Assembly (NCBI RefSeq): GCF_964355755.1
Contig: NC_092673.1
Location: 24,611,648-24,675,647 of the forward strand
Source: Antedon mediterranea
Taxonomy: Eukaryota > Animalia > Echinodermata
Direction of reading: 5' to 3'
Length of the DNA stretch: 64,000 bases
Every line of letters begins with the position of its first letter. Positions within the stretch are counted from its first letter, which is position 1. The notes beneath the pieces were generated by a model. It was not told the origin of the DNA, did no database searches, and saw only the letters and a program-made list of their open reading frames with translations. Both the position numbers and the translations under genes were made by a program. Shown here piece after piece: positions 1 to 13,482 of this stretch.

Positions 1-38
1 CTGACTTGCTGCTAGACGCTTTAAAAACACATAAAAAG
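1..38 (+). CDS. STKLD1: STKLD1-like internal exon, 3' part (DLLLDALKTHKK)
   Basis: Open frame ending at an AAG|GTATAG donor, phase 0, matching the phase of the exon at 3668. Confidence 0.65.
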
Positions 39-231
39 GTATAGATTTAAATTTAAATAAATTAATCATATGATATCATAATTTTTATCATTGGTAGTAA
101 TTTTTGCAGTACACCGTATGATTCGATAAACAGATAATATCGGCATAGGTTGAAGGATCTTCTTGGCCATAATTCTGGTGGTAGAGCAAATCTTGTCTTA
201 AAACTGGAGTTACAATAGCTGGCTTGTGGGC

Positions 232-445
232 ACTTTATTATTCTTTATACTGGGTAGCCTCTTCAATAAAAGACTGTTCTCCCAGAGGGCCCAGTGTATA
301 GTATAGTACTATGATGAGTTTGTGTACAGTGGCTGTGTGTGAACTAGTACACCTTGTCTCTAAAGATGTACTAGGTTCTTTAAAGTGCACATGAACCAGA
401 TGTAACACAGGACCTACGAATTATAGTCCTTATCCGAGAAGAACC
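232..445 (-). mobile_element. SINE remnant with Deu/Nin-like core domain
   Basis: GGTTCTTTAAAGTGCAC...GGACCTACGAATTATAGTCCTTATCCGAGAAGA resembles the reverse complement of the Deu-domain consensus; a stem-loop LINE-like tail lies at about 232-292. Confidence 0.5.
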
Positions 446-2238
446 AGAACCATAGAACGAGTGAACCTTGAACCCTTGACGATGTTATGGGTACGTAAAA
501 CGGTTCCACTGTGCATCTTTTGAAAGAGCAGGAAGGTTGTTTCGGTGTGCTGGAACATTACATCCCTTGAAAAGGGATGGCTGAAGGAGAAGCTATCTCG
601 AATCCATTACAGCCAATGACAAGATGACAAGATAATCTTAATAAGTGATTTAAAAAAGTAAAGAATTTCTCATTATTGTAGGCTACAACCATATTCTGCA
701 GTGATGATGTGTTTATCCATAATGCATCATTGGTTTTATATAAAAACCAAACGTATCACTAGGCATACCTTTTTGCAACTGGTTGCTGAACTTCATTAGT
801 AAGATTTTATAAGGTATTGACATTATCATTAGTGAATAGGTTGTTGACATGGTTAGCAGTGCACCATATCATCTACAGAAAAGCACACTGACGTACATTG
901 AATGTAGGCTTTAACAATAGGCTTAGCTCGTAATTTTCTACATTGCGGTGTATTGATTTTATACAGATGAAGAATAAAAAGCTTATTGATTGGCTAGCAA
1001 TAAACCTAAAAACCTACCAATCAAATTGCATGAATTTGTAAAAGTAAGTATTATTATAAAATGTATAACTAAAATAATATATAAATATAAATTCTCTATT
1101 TTCTAGAATCCAATTTAACTAATATTAAAACTAGTACTAGGGGAACACTTACCTGTGAAACTAACTAGGAGATTATGACTAACTCCTTTTTAAGTAACTT
1201 CCCGAAAAGGTCCTTCACAAACACAAATCAAATGCCAATGTTCCATTTTCATGACGCTCCACAAGGCTATGTGCCAATCAATGTGCATGTAGCTGTGTGA
1301 AAATGAAACATTTAATTGGAACAGGTGCGAAAGGTCTTTAAATTATGGGGCACTTTTTTTCTACTATATTCTTAAACAAATTAATAAAGAACTTTTGTTG
1401 AAAACATGCTAAAAAACCAAATGCAAAATGTATGCTTTTAAAAGAGATATTTAAAGTTGCTGCAGAGATATTTACCTCCAAGGAAGAATTGTGTCCAGCC
1501 TGAATACATATGATTAAAATAATTGCAATCAATTTTGCAAAAGTGTATTCAAATCAATAATCATATACAAGGTCTCAATTCCATTTTTATAGGTCTTCAA
1601 TAAGATCTTTCGTTCATAAAAACATGCACAATAAAAATACATGCATTGAACAGCTGAATGAGATACAGTATTTAAATGTTGTTTTTCAATTCCGCAAAAT
1701 ACTGTGCCCTTGGTTTTATATAGTAACCTACCCAAGGTAACTGTAAATTTGTAAAAATAGAAACCCATAAAAGCATATCATAAATGTATGAATCCTATTT
1801 TTATCAATATGCTATTTAATTGTTGTTTAGATTCTTATATAGTTGATTAAATGTTATGTTATTTTTAGAATTTGTGTGGGAGGTATAAAGGCTGTCCATT
1901 AGGGAGAAAATCAGATTGTTATTACAGCAATTTTTAAGATAAATGATTGTCCTTTGGGTTATTGAATTGATAATCCTAATTTTTACTGAGAATTTGCATA
2001 TTTCTTCTGGTTAGAAAATACTTTTGTACCAAAGATGCTGAAAATAATAATCGATAATAATAATTAATATGTCATACATAGTAGAGCTCCTTTAGAACAC
2101 TGATATTAATGGGGTTCTTTTTCGAGGTTTTACTGTTTTGTGCGGACAAATAAATTTAAGATTTCATTTTGTGTGCAATAAAATAAAGTCCATCAATTTG
2201 TTATGTCATATCAGAGCAAACATAATAAGTCACACTAA

Positions 2239-2416
2239 AGCATGGTTCCCACTAGCGACGCAACACAAGGACGTAACGCAACGCAAGTGAATTGACCAAT
2301 CACAAGCGATGGCTTATTCGCTTGTGATTGTTAACTGTTTATAACTTCGCTTGTCATTGGTTAAAACGCTTGCATTGCGTTACGTCCTTGCGTTACGTTC
2401 TAGTGGGAACCAAGCT
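2239..2416. mobile_element. PIF/Harbinger-like palindromic MITE
   Basis: Long imperfect inverted ends AGCATGGTTCCCACTAG...CTAGTGGGAACCAAGCT, flanked by TAA and TCA. Confidence 0.7.
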
Positions 2417-3667
2417 TCAGGCTAAAAATACTATATTTGTTTTGATACAATTTGTAATCATATTATTTGATGTACACTTCAATATATTAATATTTGGTAT
2501 TGAGCTCTATGTACATTTAACGTCAGCATTTTTGTCTCACTTGTTTGTACCGACGCATCTCTTTATATTAACCTTTACTTTAACATAACAATACTGAATC
2601 TGCTGAATGCTAGCAAGCGAATCCAACCAATTAACCGAGAGTTTTAATTCTCAAAAAAGAGATTTTATCGAGTGCTGTTAAGCAAGTTAATACCTACAAA
2701 TGATTTACGTAGATAGAAATCTCCGCCGAGCATTCCGTAGTTGCCATGAAGATGTCAGTCATGTTAGTTTCAGGTTTTGCTTTTATTTACCGCGACTGCA
2801 TGCTGACTAATCGTTAAGCCTCTGAAAGCAGTGATTTGAAAATTACTTTGTTTGGTTGAATCTTTTATATTGCGACACTCACTGTATCATCATCTTCGCA
2901 CAGGTGTTTTTTGACCTTTAACCTTTATTTGTGTCTTCACTCATTTATTTTATTCAGTCTTGGCATTTAAGTAATTCTAACGATTTAAAAATCTATTTTT
3001 AGTAAAATATAAAGGTCAAACGCTCGACAATTTTTCACAAATTATTTACTTTAATTTTATAAAGATCAAATGGTTTACAATTGAGGGATGAAGTAAAATA
3101 CATTAAATGTTTTATTGTAAATAAAAGCATGCTGTCAAATATTTTTTGGTTGTGCTTAATAAATTTTCTAGAACCATTTTAAAGTTTGAAATATATAATT
3201 TTTTTTTAATTTCAACTCTGAAAAATTATTTTATGTATTTTCATACAATTATCTTTAATCCCTTGTTTTTATAATATTGTTACAGAGTGTTGGTATTTTT
3301 TCATAGTGTTCTAATCTAGTCTTTGGAAAGCATAGTAGTACAGAAATAAAATTGTAATTTTTTACTGTGAATTACATACTTGGTACTATATTTCACAAAC
3401 ATTTATTGATTTCAATAATGGTAAAATGACAATAATATTTATAGTATAATTAAGACATTATTGAGAATCCTGTAAAAGAAGAAAACAAGTTTCTTGTCAC
3501 ATGCAGGATTCCATAGAAAAAGATAACAAGAACAACAAATAACTAAAAACTACTAAATTAATTATATTATGGATACTACTGTGAATGTAGCAAAGAATAC
3601 TTTAAACACGTTTTAAAAATTACTCATTGCTAAAATTGTTTCCTTTCCTATTTTGTTCTTACTCCAG

Positions 3668-3860
3668 AATCCTGATGTAGCAAAAAATGGATGTATGGCT
3701 CTGGCAAGCTTAGTAGGGGAGTCTGAGGCATGTGCATATGCTATTCTGAATTCAGGGGAAGATGGCTTGGAGGTAATTTGTGACACGTACCGCAATCATA
3801 AAGACAACCCAGACGTAGTGGAGAACGTCGCTTGTTTTTTTATGGAGCTTTCAGAAATTG
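3668..3860 (+). CDS. STKLD1: STKLD1-like exon, C-terminal ARM-like region
   Basis: Pyrimidine tract plus CAG acceptor and G|GTAAGT donor. NPDVAKNGCMALASLVGESE...DTYRNHKDNPDVVENV matches the recalled human STKLD1 C-terminus (KNAYRGLASLVKVSE...ETYQLHRDDPEVVENV). Confidence 0.85.
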
Positions 3861-3902
3861 GTAAGTGATCTTATTGCAACTGTTTTAAGGTATTCACTCT
3901 AA

Positions 3903-4052
3903 GGCTCTGGCTACACTATCAAACAAAAAACATTTATGTGCCCATATATGGACATGATGATTTCATATCACTACCACTTTTGGGCATATCACTACCATAT
4001 TTGAGAACATCACACTCTTTTTGTCAAACTAGCTTGATAGTGTAGACTAAGC
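3903..4052 (-). mobile_element. MITE family A copy (AGCTCTGTCTACACT ends)
   Basis: Diverged reverse copy of the element at 25065. Confidence 0.75.
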
Positions 4053-4139
4053 ATCTCAAGGCCTAAAACTAGCAGTCACTGTTGCTCACAAGCTTTATAC
4101 TTTATTTGTGTATAAAATTATATATTTATTTTAGTTAAG

Positions 4140-4265
4140 ATCATGGGACTGCTGACTCTTGTAGTTACAGTAATCGTATTACTGTAGCAGTCCCTGACCA
4201 ATTCATCTTTGTACATTGTATATTATGTTTTGTTGGTCAAATAAATAAATGAAATGAAATGAAAT
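4140..4265 (+). mobile_element. CR1-like LINE 3' tail
   Basis: Stem GGGACTGCT...AGCAGTCCC followed by AATAAA and a (GAAAT)n microsatellite tail. Confidence 0.4.
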
Positions 4266-5452
4266 ATTCAAAATGTGTAGGTTATTCATAAACCATAGCG
4301 GAAGCAAATATCTTGTTTCTCACTTGTCAAAAAGTTTCTACACCTTGAATTAAAATTATATACTAAAAATGAATACATTCTTTTTCCCTATCTGTTAGGC
4401 GGATATTTGGAACTTGAAGATGCTATTTCTATTTTCTTTCTCTAAATTCACCCTTTTCTACACATTATAACTCTAACACGTAATTTATAGAAGACTTTGC
4501 TCTTAAAGTCATATAACTCTCAGTATTGTTATCTATATTCCTTGAAGATATATTTCATTCAATTTAGATTCTCCTAACAAAATATGATTTGTTATTGTTT
4601 CGGTAATTTGTAGATATAAATTGCTCCTTTTCAAAACATCTGTCAAGCTTCGTCCATTTATATCTTTGGCTGTATAAGGTTGACGCATGTTGACAATCTT
4701 ATCAATGCCTGTACATCACTTTGGAATACAATTATCATGTGTTGCCAGGAAAGAGGAAATGCTTGAAAATGAAATAATAAGCTTTACATCTTCTATTTTA
4801 AGGATGACATCATATTCCTAGAAATTGTGTATTTCTGTCCTGTTGTGTTAGATCTCAACATATCATTTATGTTGGCTATTAACCGAATGATAATGTATTT
4901 CATTTTCTTTACATCCATATATGAGTAAAACTATAGTCATCTTCATTTTTCCAAGAAAATTATATTACTCAACAATTAGGTGTGTAACTCCAGTCATGGA
5001 GGTAACTTCCATGTTCCAACCAATGACTACTTAATAACTGATTAAAGTATAGTAATACAAATAATATGAATAACATAGATGATGACTTAAAATTTAAATC
5101 TTAAAAGAATTATTATATTACGCCTACAGTTTATATGTAAATGTTTAATTAAATTATAAATCAAATATATAGTACATAAATTTTCATTAAGACTAATAAC
5201 AATTATGTGAAGCAACAACTTAATGAAATAAAATTATTTTTGATTTATATTAAAATAAGTTTTAAATATTAATATAATGTTAAACATTTCAAATTGATTG
5301 AATAATAGAATAAATACATTTTAAAACACATAGTGTTGAAATGAATGTTAGACATAACTGGTCTGAATTTTATTGATTGAATGTATTTTGATTCCTGAAG
5401 TCTAAAAGGAAAAACGAAAAAAGTTGAACTATATAAAATAACCATAGTTTAA

Positions 5453-5570
5453 AGTGGAGCTGTAGCTTGGTGCTTGCCTTTCAATCCCAAGGTCCAGGGT
5501 TCAATCCTGACCTAGTGTCAGGGTTGTTATTCACGCCTTTTCTTTCCCAAAGCCTCAAATGAGTTTATAA
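5453..5570 (+). mobile_element. tRNA-derived SINE head
   Basis: A box TAGCTTGGT and B box GGTTCAATCC; a second copy lies in reverse at 51435-51566. Confidence 0.6.
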
Positions 5571-6361
5571 ACTAATAATTATTATAGTATATCCGTACAT
5601 CCTGTAATTGGCGTGTTAATTGCTGATGGATGTGTATGTAATTTTGTTAAAAAGTTGCACCATACCAATTGTGATATTCTTACTCTTCTACTACATAATA
5701 TTTTGATTTTTTTTTTTCTTAATCACATGTCTTTGAAGTATTTGTATTGCTTTTATGTACATAGGTTAAAATTATTGATAGTCTGCATCTTAATTGGATA
5801 TATTCTCTCAGGAGGTCATTTCTCAAAATAGCTATTAGAGTCATGGATGTTTGAGAGCTCATTAGCTACGTTGCTCAGTAAACATCCAGTAAATGTCAGC
5901 CGTGAATTAAAATTTAACTGGGGTAATATGCTCAGAATACAGTAGAGTTTGTACCCTAAAATAACAATTGGCAATGCTCCTTGTTCGGTTCCTGGCAAGT
6001 TATCATCACCTTAGTAAGGGTGTCACAACAAAAGGATTTTTCTGTATTGATTATGATAGAAAGAAATTTATCCAAATATAAATAATAAGCAATAAGCAAA
6101 CATAATCTCCGTAGGATGATTGTATTTTCTTTTTCAAAGTTGCCCCAGCAAGTATCAGTTGTGCACTTCAGGAGGAGTTTTAGCAAATCAAGCAAAATAC
6201 ACCTCTCTTTATACACAATGGTTGATCTGCTCCTGCTGAGAATATAGACGTTTATGTTTGTGCTATAGTATTATAATATAATATAGAATTTAGAATAATT
6301 CCCCTTTAAGTTTGTGGTACACCACAAATACAGTATACAGTTCTAAAAAGGACTATTGAGT

Positions 6362-6410
6362 TTCTTGATGTTTTGATCAATATACTTTGATCGTCCTCAG
6401 GATTGAGAAT
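6362..6410 (-). ncRNA. Decayed minimal hammerhead ribozyme motif (Penelope-type)
   Basis: Minus strand reads CTGAGGA-C-GATCAA-agtata-TTGATC-AAAA-CATC. Helix II is intact; GAAA-CGTC has apparently decayed through CpG to CpA changes. Confidence 0.5.
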
Positions 6411-7132
6411 GGTGCAAACCTTCAAACAATACAATTCCCCTTTAAGTTTAACTACTAAATTACGATTATAAATTATCTTCTTTATTAAATGTCTCTTAGA
6501 TTTTATTGTCAACAATTATGATTGCACATTCTCAGATCTCTACTAAGTTAGAGCCGTTTTCTTCTGGAAATATCAAAAGAATCTAATAATATTTGATTTA
6601 CCACACACGTTTTATGTTTCCGACACCAGACAAGATGTCTACATTATCTATATTAGAACTGTTATAATTGGGATCAAACAATGTGACTTACTTCGTTAAA
6701 ATTAGCTTAAACCGTTAGCTGTTAATTATATTAGTTGGATTAATTACAAGGAGACATAATTTAGCTGAGTAAATCAATGATATTGGTTCTTAATCAAAGA
6801 CAAATACCAATTTTAAATTAAAAATATCTTTCTTAACTCTTAACAAAAAACATCAATTGGTATGTATGGTAGAACACTCAACAAATGAGAAATATGTTTT
6901 ACAAATGCAGCCAACCCCTATTGAAGGGACAACGCTATTAGAGGAAGTTATCTCCAGGGTTTATCATTTCTTATGACCACATGCACAAAACATGGAGAGA
7001 TCGGGCAGTAAACTGCCTAGGACACAGATTCTATGTGTGACCAGCTATATCAATAAATTTCTATAGTAATTCAGACATTCACATTTTCAGCCACGGATTA
7101 AGTATTTATAAATTTATTGTATTTGTTTTCAG

Positions 7133-7212
7133 ATGATATGATTGAAAGTTTGAAGAGGTGCAAGGTGGCTGATATAATGAAAGAAACAGCAACAAAACAT
7201 GCTTCTAATGAG
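7133..7212 (+). CDS. STKLD1: STKLD1-like exon (DDMIESLKRCKVADIMKETATKHASNE)
   Basis: TTTTCAG acceptor and GAG|GTAACC donor; phase 1 in and phase 0 out, consistent with both neighbours. Confidence 0.8.
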
Positions 7213-8458
7213 GTAACCAAAAATGTTTTCTTATTATTTAAAAAACAAACATTGGCATATGATTGGTTGATTTTATACCACCTAGCATTGGTAATTTGGT
7301 TTTATAACATACCAAGTACACTTACCATTTGATTGGTTGATTTTGTTTATTCAATGGTAAAGGTGGTATTTTCTCAATGGGCAACACGTTCTCAAGATTT
7401 TTTTTTTAATGTGGTCCATATGCAAACTGAAAAACAACATGTACATCAATGGGTATCTTTCTATCTATTACAATCCAGTTATGTATATCATTTAGAATAT
7501 ACTTTGACAACACAACAATGTTCCTAACACAGACCAAAAAAAAAAAAAAGAATAACTAAAAATAACAGAGGCGATCATACGACGACATTTGCTTCTTGAC
7601 AGTAATATATTACGCCTACACTTTGATATAATGTGATGAGTTTAGTAGTTAGATTACCATTCGATATTCCCAACATAGCCATAATGCAAATAAATTGCTA
7701 GTATACGTTCCGCATTCAATTGCTAGCACAGATATTTTTATTACGCAAATCAACAAGCATTTATGTTAATTACTTAATTCTCTATCCACTTGAAATTGAT
7801 ATTATTGTCGTATGTTTTTGGCTCTAAGATTTGGGATTAAATTATACTTTGACAATCAAACACTGTACCAGACATATTTACATTTATTATCGTATTTGTT
7901 GTGTCACTTGGGAAGAATAAGCTATTTTTAGCAAAACCACACCTATATACTGTATACTTTTTCTACGGTTGAAGTAAATTTATTTTACCTTTAATTTAAA
8001 CAAATGTTAAGGTAGACATGCTACATTATTTTGCTACCTTGGACAAAATTCTCTTAACATTTGATTAAAAAATGAGAAGGACCACTTTACAGTTTTTGCA
8101 AAACATGGCCTTTACAATTTTGTATTGAATCTGTTAGGTAGTAGAGTAGGACACCTCATTTTGGACACTCCTATTCAGACTCTGTCCTGTGGAAAAAAAT
8201 GAGTATTAACATTTTTTTTTACACTATGGTAAACTCTTCTCATTGGACACCTCTTTAAGGGAACTCTTCACATGCAGTGTTTTACTATATACATAACAAC
8301 AAGGGGAGTAGGCTAGTTTCCCCTGATTATATTTTTTCTTTTCATCATCATATTTCTGTCGTTATTCAGACTTAACAAACAAAGAGCATTCCTGTAAAGG
8401 GTTTTTAAAATATTACTTTAGCTAATTTTGCAATAATATTTTTCATTTTTTACTACAG

Positions 8459-8554
8459 GATATCTTGGGGTATGTGCAGTCTGTTCAAGCCAAGCTTGGC
8501 ATCGGGAAGCCACCAGCATCACGGCCAGTTTCAGCAAGAGTAAGGAACAAGTAA
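8459..8554 (+). CDS. STKLD1: STKLD1-like terminal coding exon (DILGYVQSVQAKLGIGKPPASRPVSARVRNK*)
   Basis: TTTTTACTACAG acceptor, phase 0, TAA at 8552-8554. Confidence 0.75.
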   Translation, partial: DILGYVQSVQAKLGIGKPPASRPVSARVRNK

Positions 8555-8799
8555 AGAGAGGTTACCAAATAAGGAATTGGCTGCAACTTCAATCATTAGT
8601 ATTGCACATGTGTAAATGTCATACTCGCATTTAACAATATCATTTAATTTTTTTTTCATTTAATAACTACTATTGAGTGGATGGGCTTATTAGAATTATG
8701 TTATTTAAAGTTTGTTAATAACTGAAATGAGTTATTCAAAATATGTTCAAGAGAAGTAAATTAGGAATTGTAAATGGTTGAACAAGTGCGGCACTATTT

Positions 8800-9102
8800 A
8801 CAGTATTCTTTGAGGTCTCAAGCAGTGGTTTGTTTTGATCAAATCCATCCTCATTTGAGGAAGTTTTGTTCAGGTCCTCCTCCACGTACCACAGCTTACC
8901 GTGAATGACAGATGGACCAGCCAGGGTAATTCGGAAAGATGCACTGGGTGCTTTAAAGTACACACTAGCCAGATGTACACACTAGCCAGATGTACACACT
9001 AAACCGCCAGTTTTAAGCCTACCATCAGAACTAATGTCAGGAAGACCCTAGACCATGTGCTGTTTTGACGCCTCTGCTTTATCCAGCCACTCGACTGTGC
9101 CA
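8800..9102 (-). mobile_element. tRNA-derived SINE in or after the STKLD1 3' UTR
   Basis: Minus-strand head GGCACAGTCGAGTGGCTGGATAAAGC; core similar to the SINE at 370-445. Confidence 0.45.
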
Positions 9103-9689
9103 TTTTAAAACTTCTGTATGTAGTCTACAATGGTGGATAAATGCCTAGATCTGAAAAATGCGTAAATCTTTTAGTTTTTGATGTTGAATTTTTATTTGAC
9201 TGGAGCTGCTGTGGTCATTTGTTTATCATTTACGATTGTCTCCCTTTAGGCCCTTTGTTCATACAATTAATTCTACACAGGGAAAAAAATAGCACTTACA
9301 TTTATTATCACAGAATAGCAGCCTAATTTCCTTAATGTCATCTTTGTGTTAACAGCATTTATTTAATCTTTTAATACTAAATTATAAAAACATCCGTTGT
9401 TGATTAACTTCATAGATAATTTTTTGTTTTTATGATTTTACTTGCCATTGTTATTTGAAATATTTTATTAATTTCTAATTTTATGAATTCATTATTGTGA
9501 ATATGCGATAATATATTTTATTTTTTAATTGCATTTGAGGTTATTCATTATTATATTAAGCATCCTTTCTGACATTTATTATAGCAGAGCACCTCCTTGG
9601 AGATATCCCTATTAAGAGGATAAATTCCTGTGAAAAAAACAAGAGCATTTATATGTTTTAAAACTTTGGCAAACCCCTGTTCAAGAGGT

Positions 9690-10401
9690 ACTCTTATTAA
9701 GGGGACACACTATTAAAGTGACACCCTATTAAGGAAACACCCTATTAAGGAAACACCCTATTTAAGGCAAAATCCTATTTAAGGGACACCCTATTAAAGG
9801 AACACCCTATTAAAGGGAAACCCTATTAAGGGAACACCCTATTATGGGAACACCCTATTATGGGAACACCCTATTATGGGAACACCCTATTAAGGGAACA
9901 CCCTATTAAGGGAACACCATATTAAGGGGGCACCCTATTAAATGAACACCCTATTAAAGGGAACACCCTATTAAGGGAACACCCTATTATGGGAACACCC
10001 TATTATGGGAACACCCTATTAAGGGAACACCCTATTAAGGGAACTCCCTATTAAGAGGATGCCCTATTATGGGAACACCCTATTAAGGGAACACCCTATT
10101 AAGAGGATGCCCTATTAAGGGAACACCCTATTAAGGGAACACCCTATTAAGGGGACACCCTATTAAGGGAACACCCTATTAAGGGAACACCCTATTAAGA
10201 GGATGCCCTATTAAGGGAACACCCTATTAAGGGAACACCCTATTAAGGGAACACCCTATTAAGGGAACACCCTATTATGGGAACACCCTATTAAGGGAAC
10301 ACCCTATTAAGAGGATGCCCTATTAAGGGAACACCCTATTAAGGGAACACCCTATTAAATGAACACCCTATTAAGGGAACACCCTATTAAGGGGACACCC
10401 T
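9690..10401. repeat. 17-bp minisatellite (CCCTATTAAGGGAACAC)n, about 40 copies, inside a Tc1/mariner-like MITE (about 9585-10461)
   Basis: Directly visible tandem array, with variant units ATGGG and GAGGATG recurring. Confidence 0.95.
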
Positions 10402-13400
10402 GGTATAGCGGACACATTCCTTTCGACTGAAAGTGTTCGTTTTATAGCAGTTTTTCTATTGTAATTTGAAATAATTTATTGTGTTGCATCAATTTGTTCT
10501 CTATTATTTATGCTTACACTGAGATAATGCTATTACAATTACTATCCATTTTAGACTTGAAAAGTATTGAAAGTTCAATGGTCTAAAGGTAAGGGTTTGA
10601 GTTTATGGTAATACAATTTTCCCACCTTAACATTATTAATTATTATTTAATTATTTAATAAATATATTTATAATTTAACAATCATTCTTTATACTTATTA
10701 AAGAAAACATAGAGTAGAACCTCTCTTGAAAAACCTCTATTGAGGGGACACCCTTTAATTAATTATATACTTTCCTTTGAAACGAAACAAGAGGAAATAT
10801 ATGTTTTAACACAGCAGCCAACCCCAAGTTGGAGGGATATACTTTAAAGAGGACACATTGTTTGGTCCTGATGGTGTTACAGCTCTAACTGTATTAATAG
10901 TAAATACTAAATTTGGACTTTTAAGCGCATAACGCTTCACACAAAAATAAAAGTAATCCACAAAATAAATAAAATAAAAAAGAGCAATTGAAAATGAGAG
11001 TGACAGGCCATAAAATATATTAATAGATTAATTTAATGTTTTGATTAAATCTGTATCTATCTAGTGATGAATTTTTTTAAAAGACCAATGTATTAATAGC
11101 ATAAAAATGTTATTAAAATATAACGCTTTCATTTTATTGAATAATTCCATTTACACTATAATAAATAATATTCATCTTCCGTCCTTACTAATATATATAA
11201 TTATACAGACTAAGTTCTAGTATTAAGGTTTTTAACAAATTTGGTGTCTTTTAATCAAAGTAATTATTCCGTCCAAGTGATTTGCAATTTTCAATCGTCT
11301 ATGTGTTAAATTTCAGAAATGCATTGATGTTTTCATCACCTTGAATATATTAACATTGTAATGTAAATGTAACAGCTATTTTCATCAATTTAATATTGTA
11401 GTACATGATGTGTGTATATAATGTGTCTATTGTTACAACAAAATTGTATATTTTAATGTGAAATTCTTTTTTAATTGAAATGAGTAATATTTATACTAAA
11501 GATATATGGAAATGTATTGAAATTTGTAATGACAATTTTATGAAACTTTTTAATGATTTATATAATTATTATATAATAATATCAACGTGCGATAACATGT
11601 TGCTGTTTGTTTGTACGAGAGTACTGGGTGTCATTTATTATTTTGGAAATAAATTTTAAGCCTATAAAGTGTTTAATCCGTGCACAACTTTTTTTGTTTT
11701 GTTATTTTTATTATGAATATTTTGTCATTTTCAGAGGGCAATAAATCCCAAGTATTTTCCTTATTGATTTCCATGCGTCATTATATTATCCACTGTAATC
11801 GTTATTCATCTCCATTATCGTGTTGTAAATTTGTATTTTCTCAGAAGGAGAAGAAAGCGGGACTAACGTTACATCATTTTATCAATAATAATTGTTTCTT
11901 CTTATTTTGCACTGTATTATGTACGTGTATTTCATTGTAATCTGTGTGTATTTAGTATACTAGAAGAATATGTACCACAGTGTTAATTGTTGCCCTGTGT
12001 GTATGTTTGCAATGTTACATAAACTGTTTTATCACTTTATGTCCAATACCACCACGGTGCGATATTGGCCACTGTATAGTATGGAATCTTTGCCATTGTA
12101 CAGTATATGCAAGTATGATGCGTGCCGCGCTGCACGCACAAAGTAATGCGTGACGTTATATGTGTGTTTTCGAAATCTTTCTTATGGGTAACCATATGCA
12201 AGTTAAGTCAAAAGGCTCCTGTAGTCCAGCAACCGTCCAATTATTTAAACGTGGCACTATGTCCCCCTGCAGAGAAAATACGTCAACATTATCCAATTTG
12301 TTGATATTAAACGATGTGTTGATATTAAACGATGTATTTATACATTTCTTCGAATTTCTATTGTATTGCCATTCAGGTGATTTATGTTCTTATTGACAAC
12401 TTTCTATGATGTCCCGATGTTTCAGAGAATTGTACAGTTATAATATATATGAATATTATTTCAACACCACAATATGGATGTATAATAATGTCATTTTTCA
12501 ATATAACTATTAATGTGTATTGATTTCAAAGAAACATGCCGCCGTTTATTCATGAACATTTAATAACCCTGTTTTTCTCAGAAGTGAAAAGTGGTTTATC
12601 AGAAAAAGAATCAACGACGAATCGGATGTTGTTCGGTAATGTTTATGTTTCTTTTTAGTCCCTGTTTTTAGTATGTTTTTTAGTTGTCCGAAAACTTTGT
12701 GGACACCATCCGAAATATTTCTTGATTATTTTTTTTTTAAATCAAAACATTGAAAATGGTTATAAGTTCAGGAGAATTTTCGTTTCTGGATCTACTGTTG
12801 TGGAAAAAGTCGCGGCCACATAATAAGAACGTCTGATGTTAGCCAATTGTTAAAACTAAGCTTACGCCTTTATCCCATTTTAAGTACCTCTTTTCATAAT
12901 CGTCTTAGTGATGAAAGAATCATTAACAGACCACACTTTCACCTCTCTTGACAATCACGTTAAGATATCAAGACGTTTTATTATAATGTTTATAACCGCC
13001 GTGGTTAGTAAAGAGGTCTCGCACAGGGTGAACACACCTATCTCCTCGGAAACCATGTTAATAATTAAGTAAAGGATTGTCTTCTCTAAATGTATTCTTT
13101 GGTGATTATTGATTTACCTAGTTATAACTTATATACCGTACATTTTCTTAAGCCAGACTTTGTAACCACAAGTAATGCAAGTGACCTCTGCTGGAAGACC
13201 TGCATTGAGAATATGTTTGCTGGTCCCAGATTCAGATAAGTTGGCCTAACTTTTCTTGAACATACGTGCAATAGAACATTCAACGACTATAAATATTTGA
13301 TTCTACTAAGCACTATCGTATTGCTGCTTGACAATGAGTGTATGGAAATTAACCCCAGATTATTCGCTAAAAAGTCAATTAGCTTTGGAAAGACGTTGAT

Positions 13401-13457
13401 AAAGTGTGTTTCAATGTATAGTGTAACATGAGAGAATCCTTGATAAATGAAGGAAAG

Positions 13458-13482
13458 ATGTCGCACAAAAAACATCCGAGAG
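13458..13482 (+). CDS. Candidate first coding exon (MSHKKHPR) of the coiled-coil gene
   Basis: AAGATG start and AG|GTAATT phase-1 donor compatible with the acceptor at 14035. An alternative phase-1 candidate is 12536-12635. Confidence 0.3.

Noticed and set aside
4380-4960. Possible decayed L1/Tx1-like ORF2 end on the minus strand
   Set aside because: Only a faint NHILLG-like match; too degraded to support.
9690-10401. CRISPR-like array of quasi-palindromic repeats
   Set aside because: No unique spacers, 17-bp period, eukaryotic context and no cas genes; it is a minisatellite.
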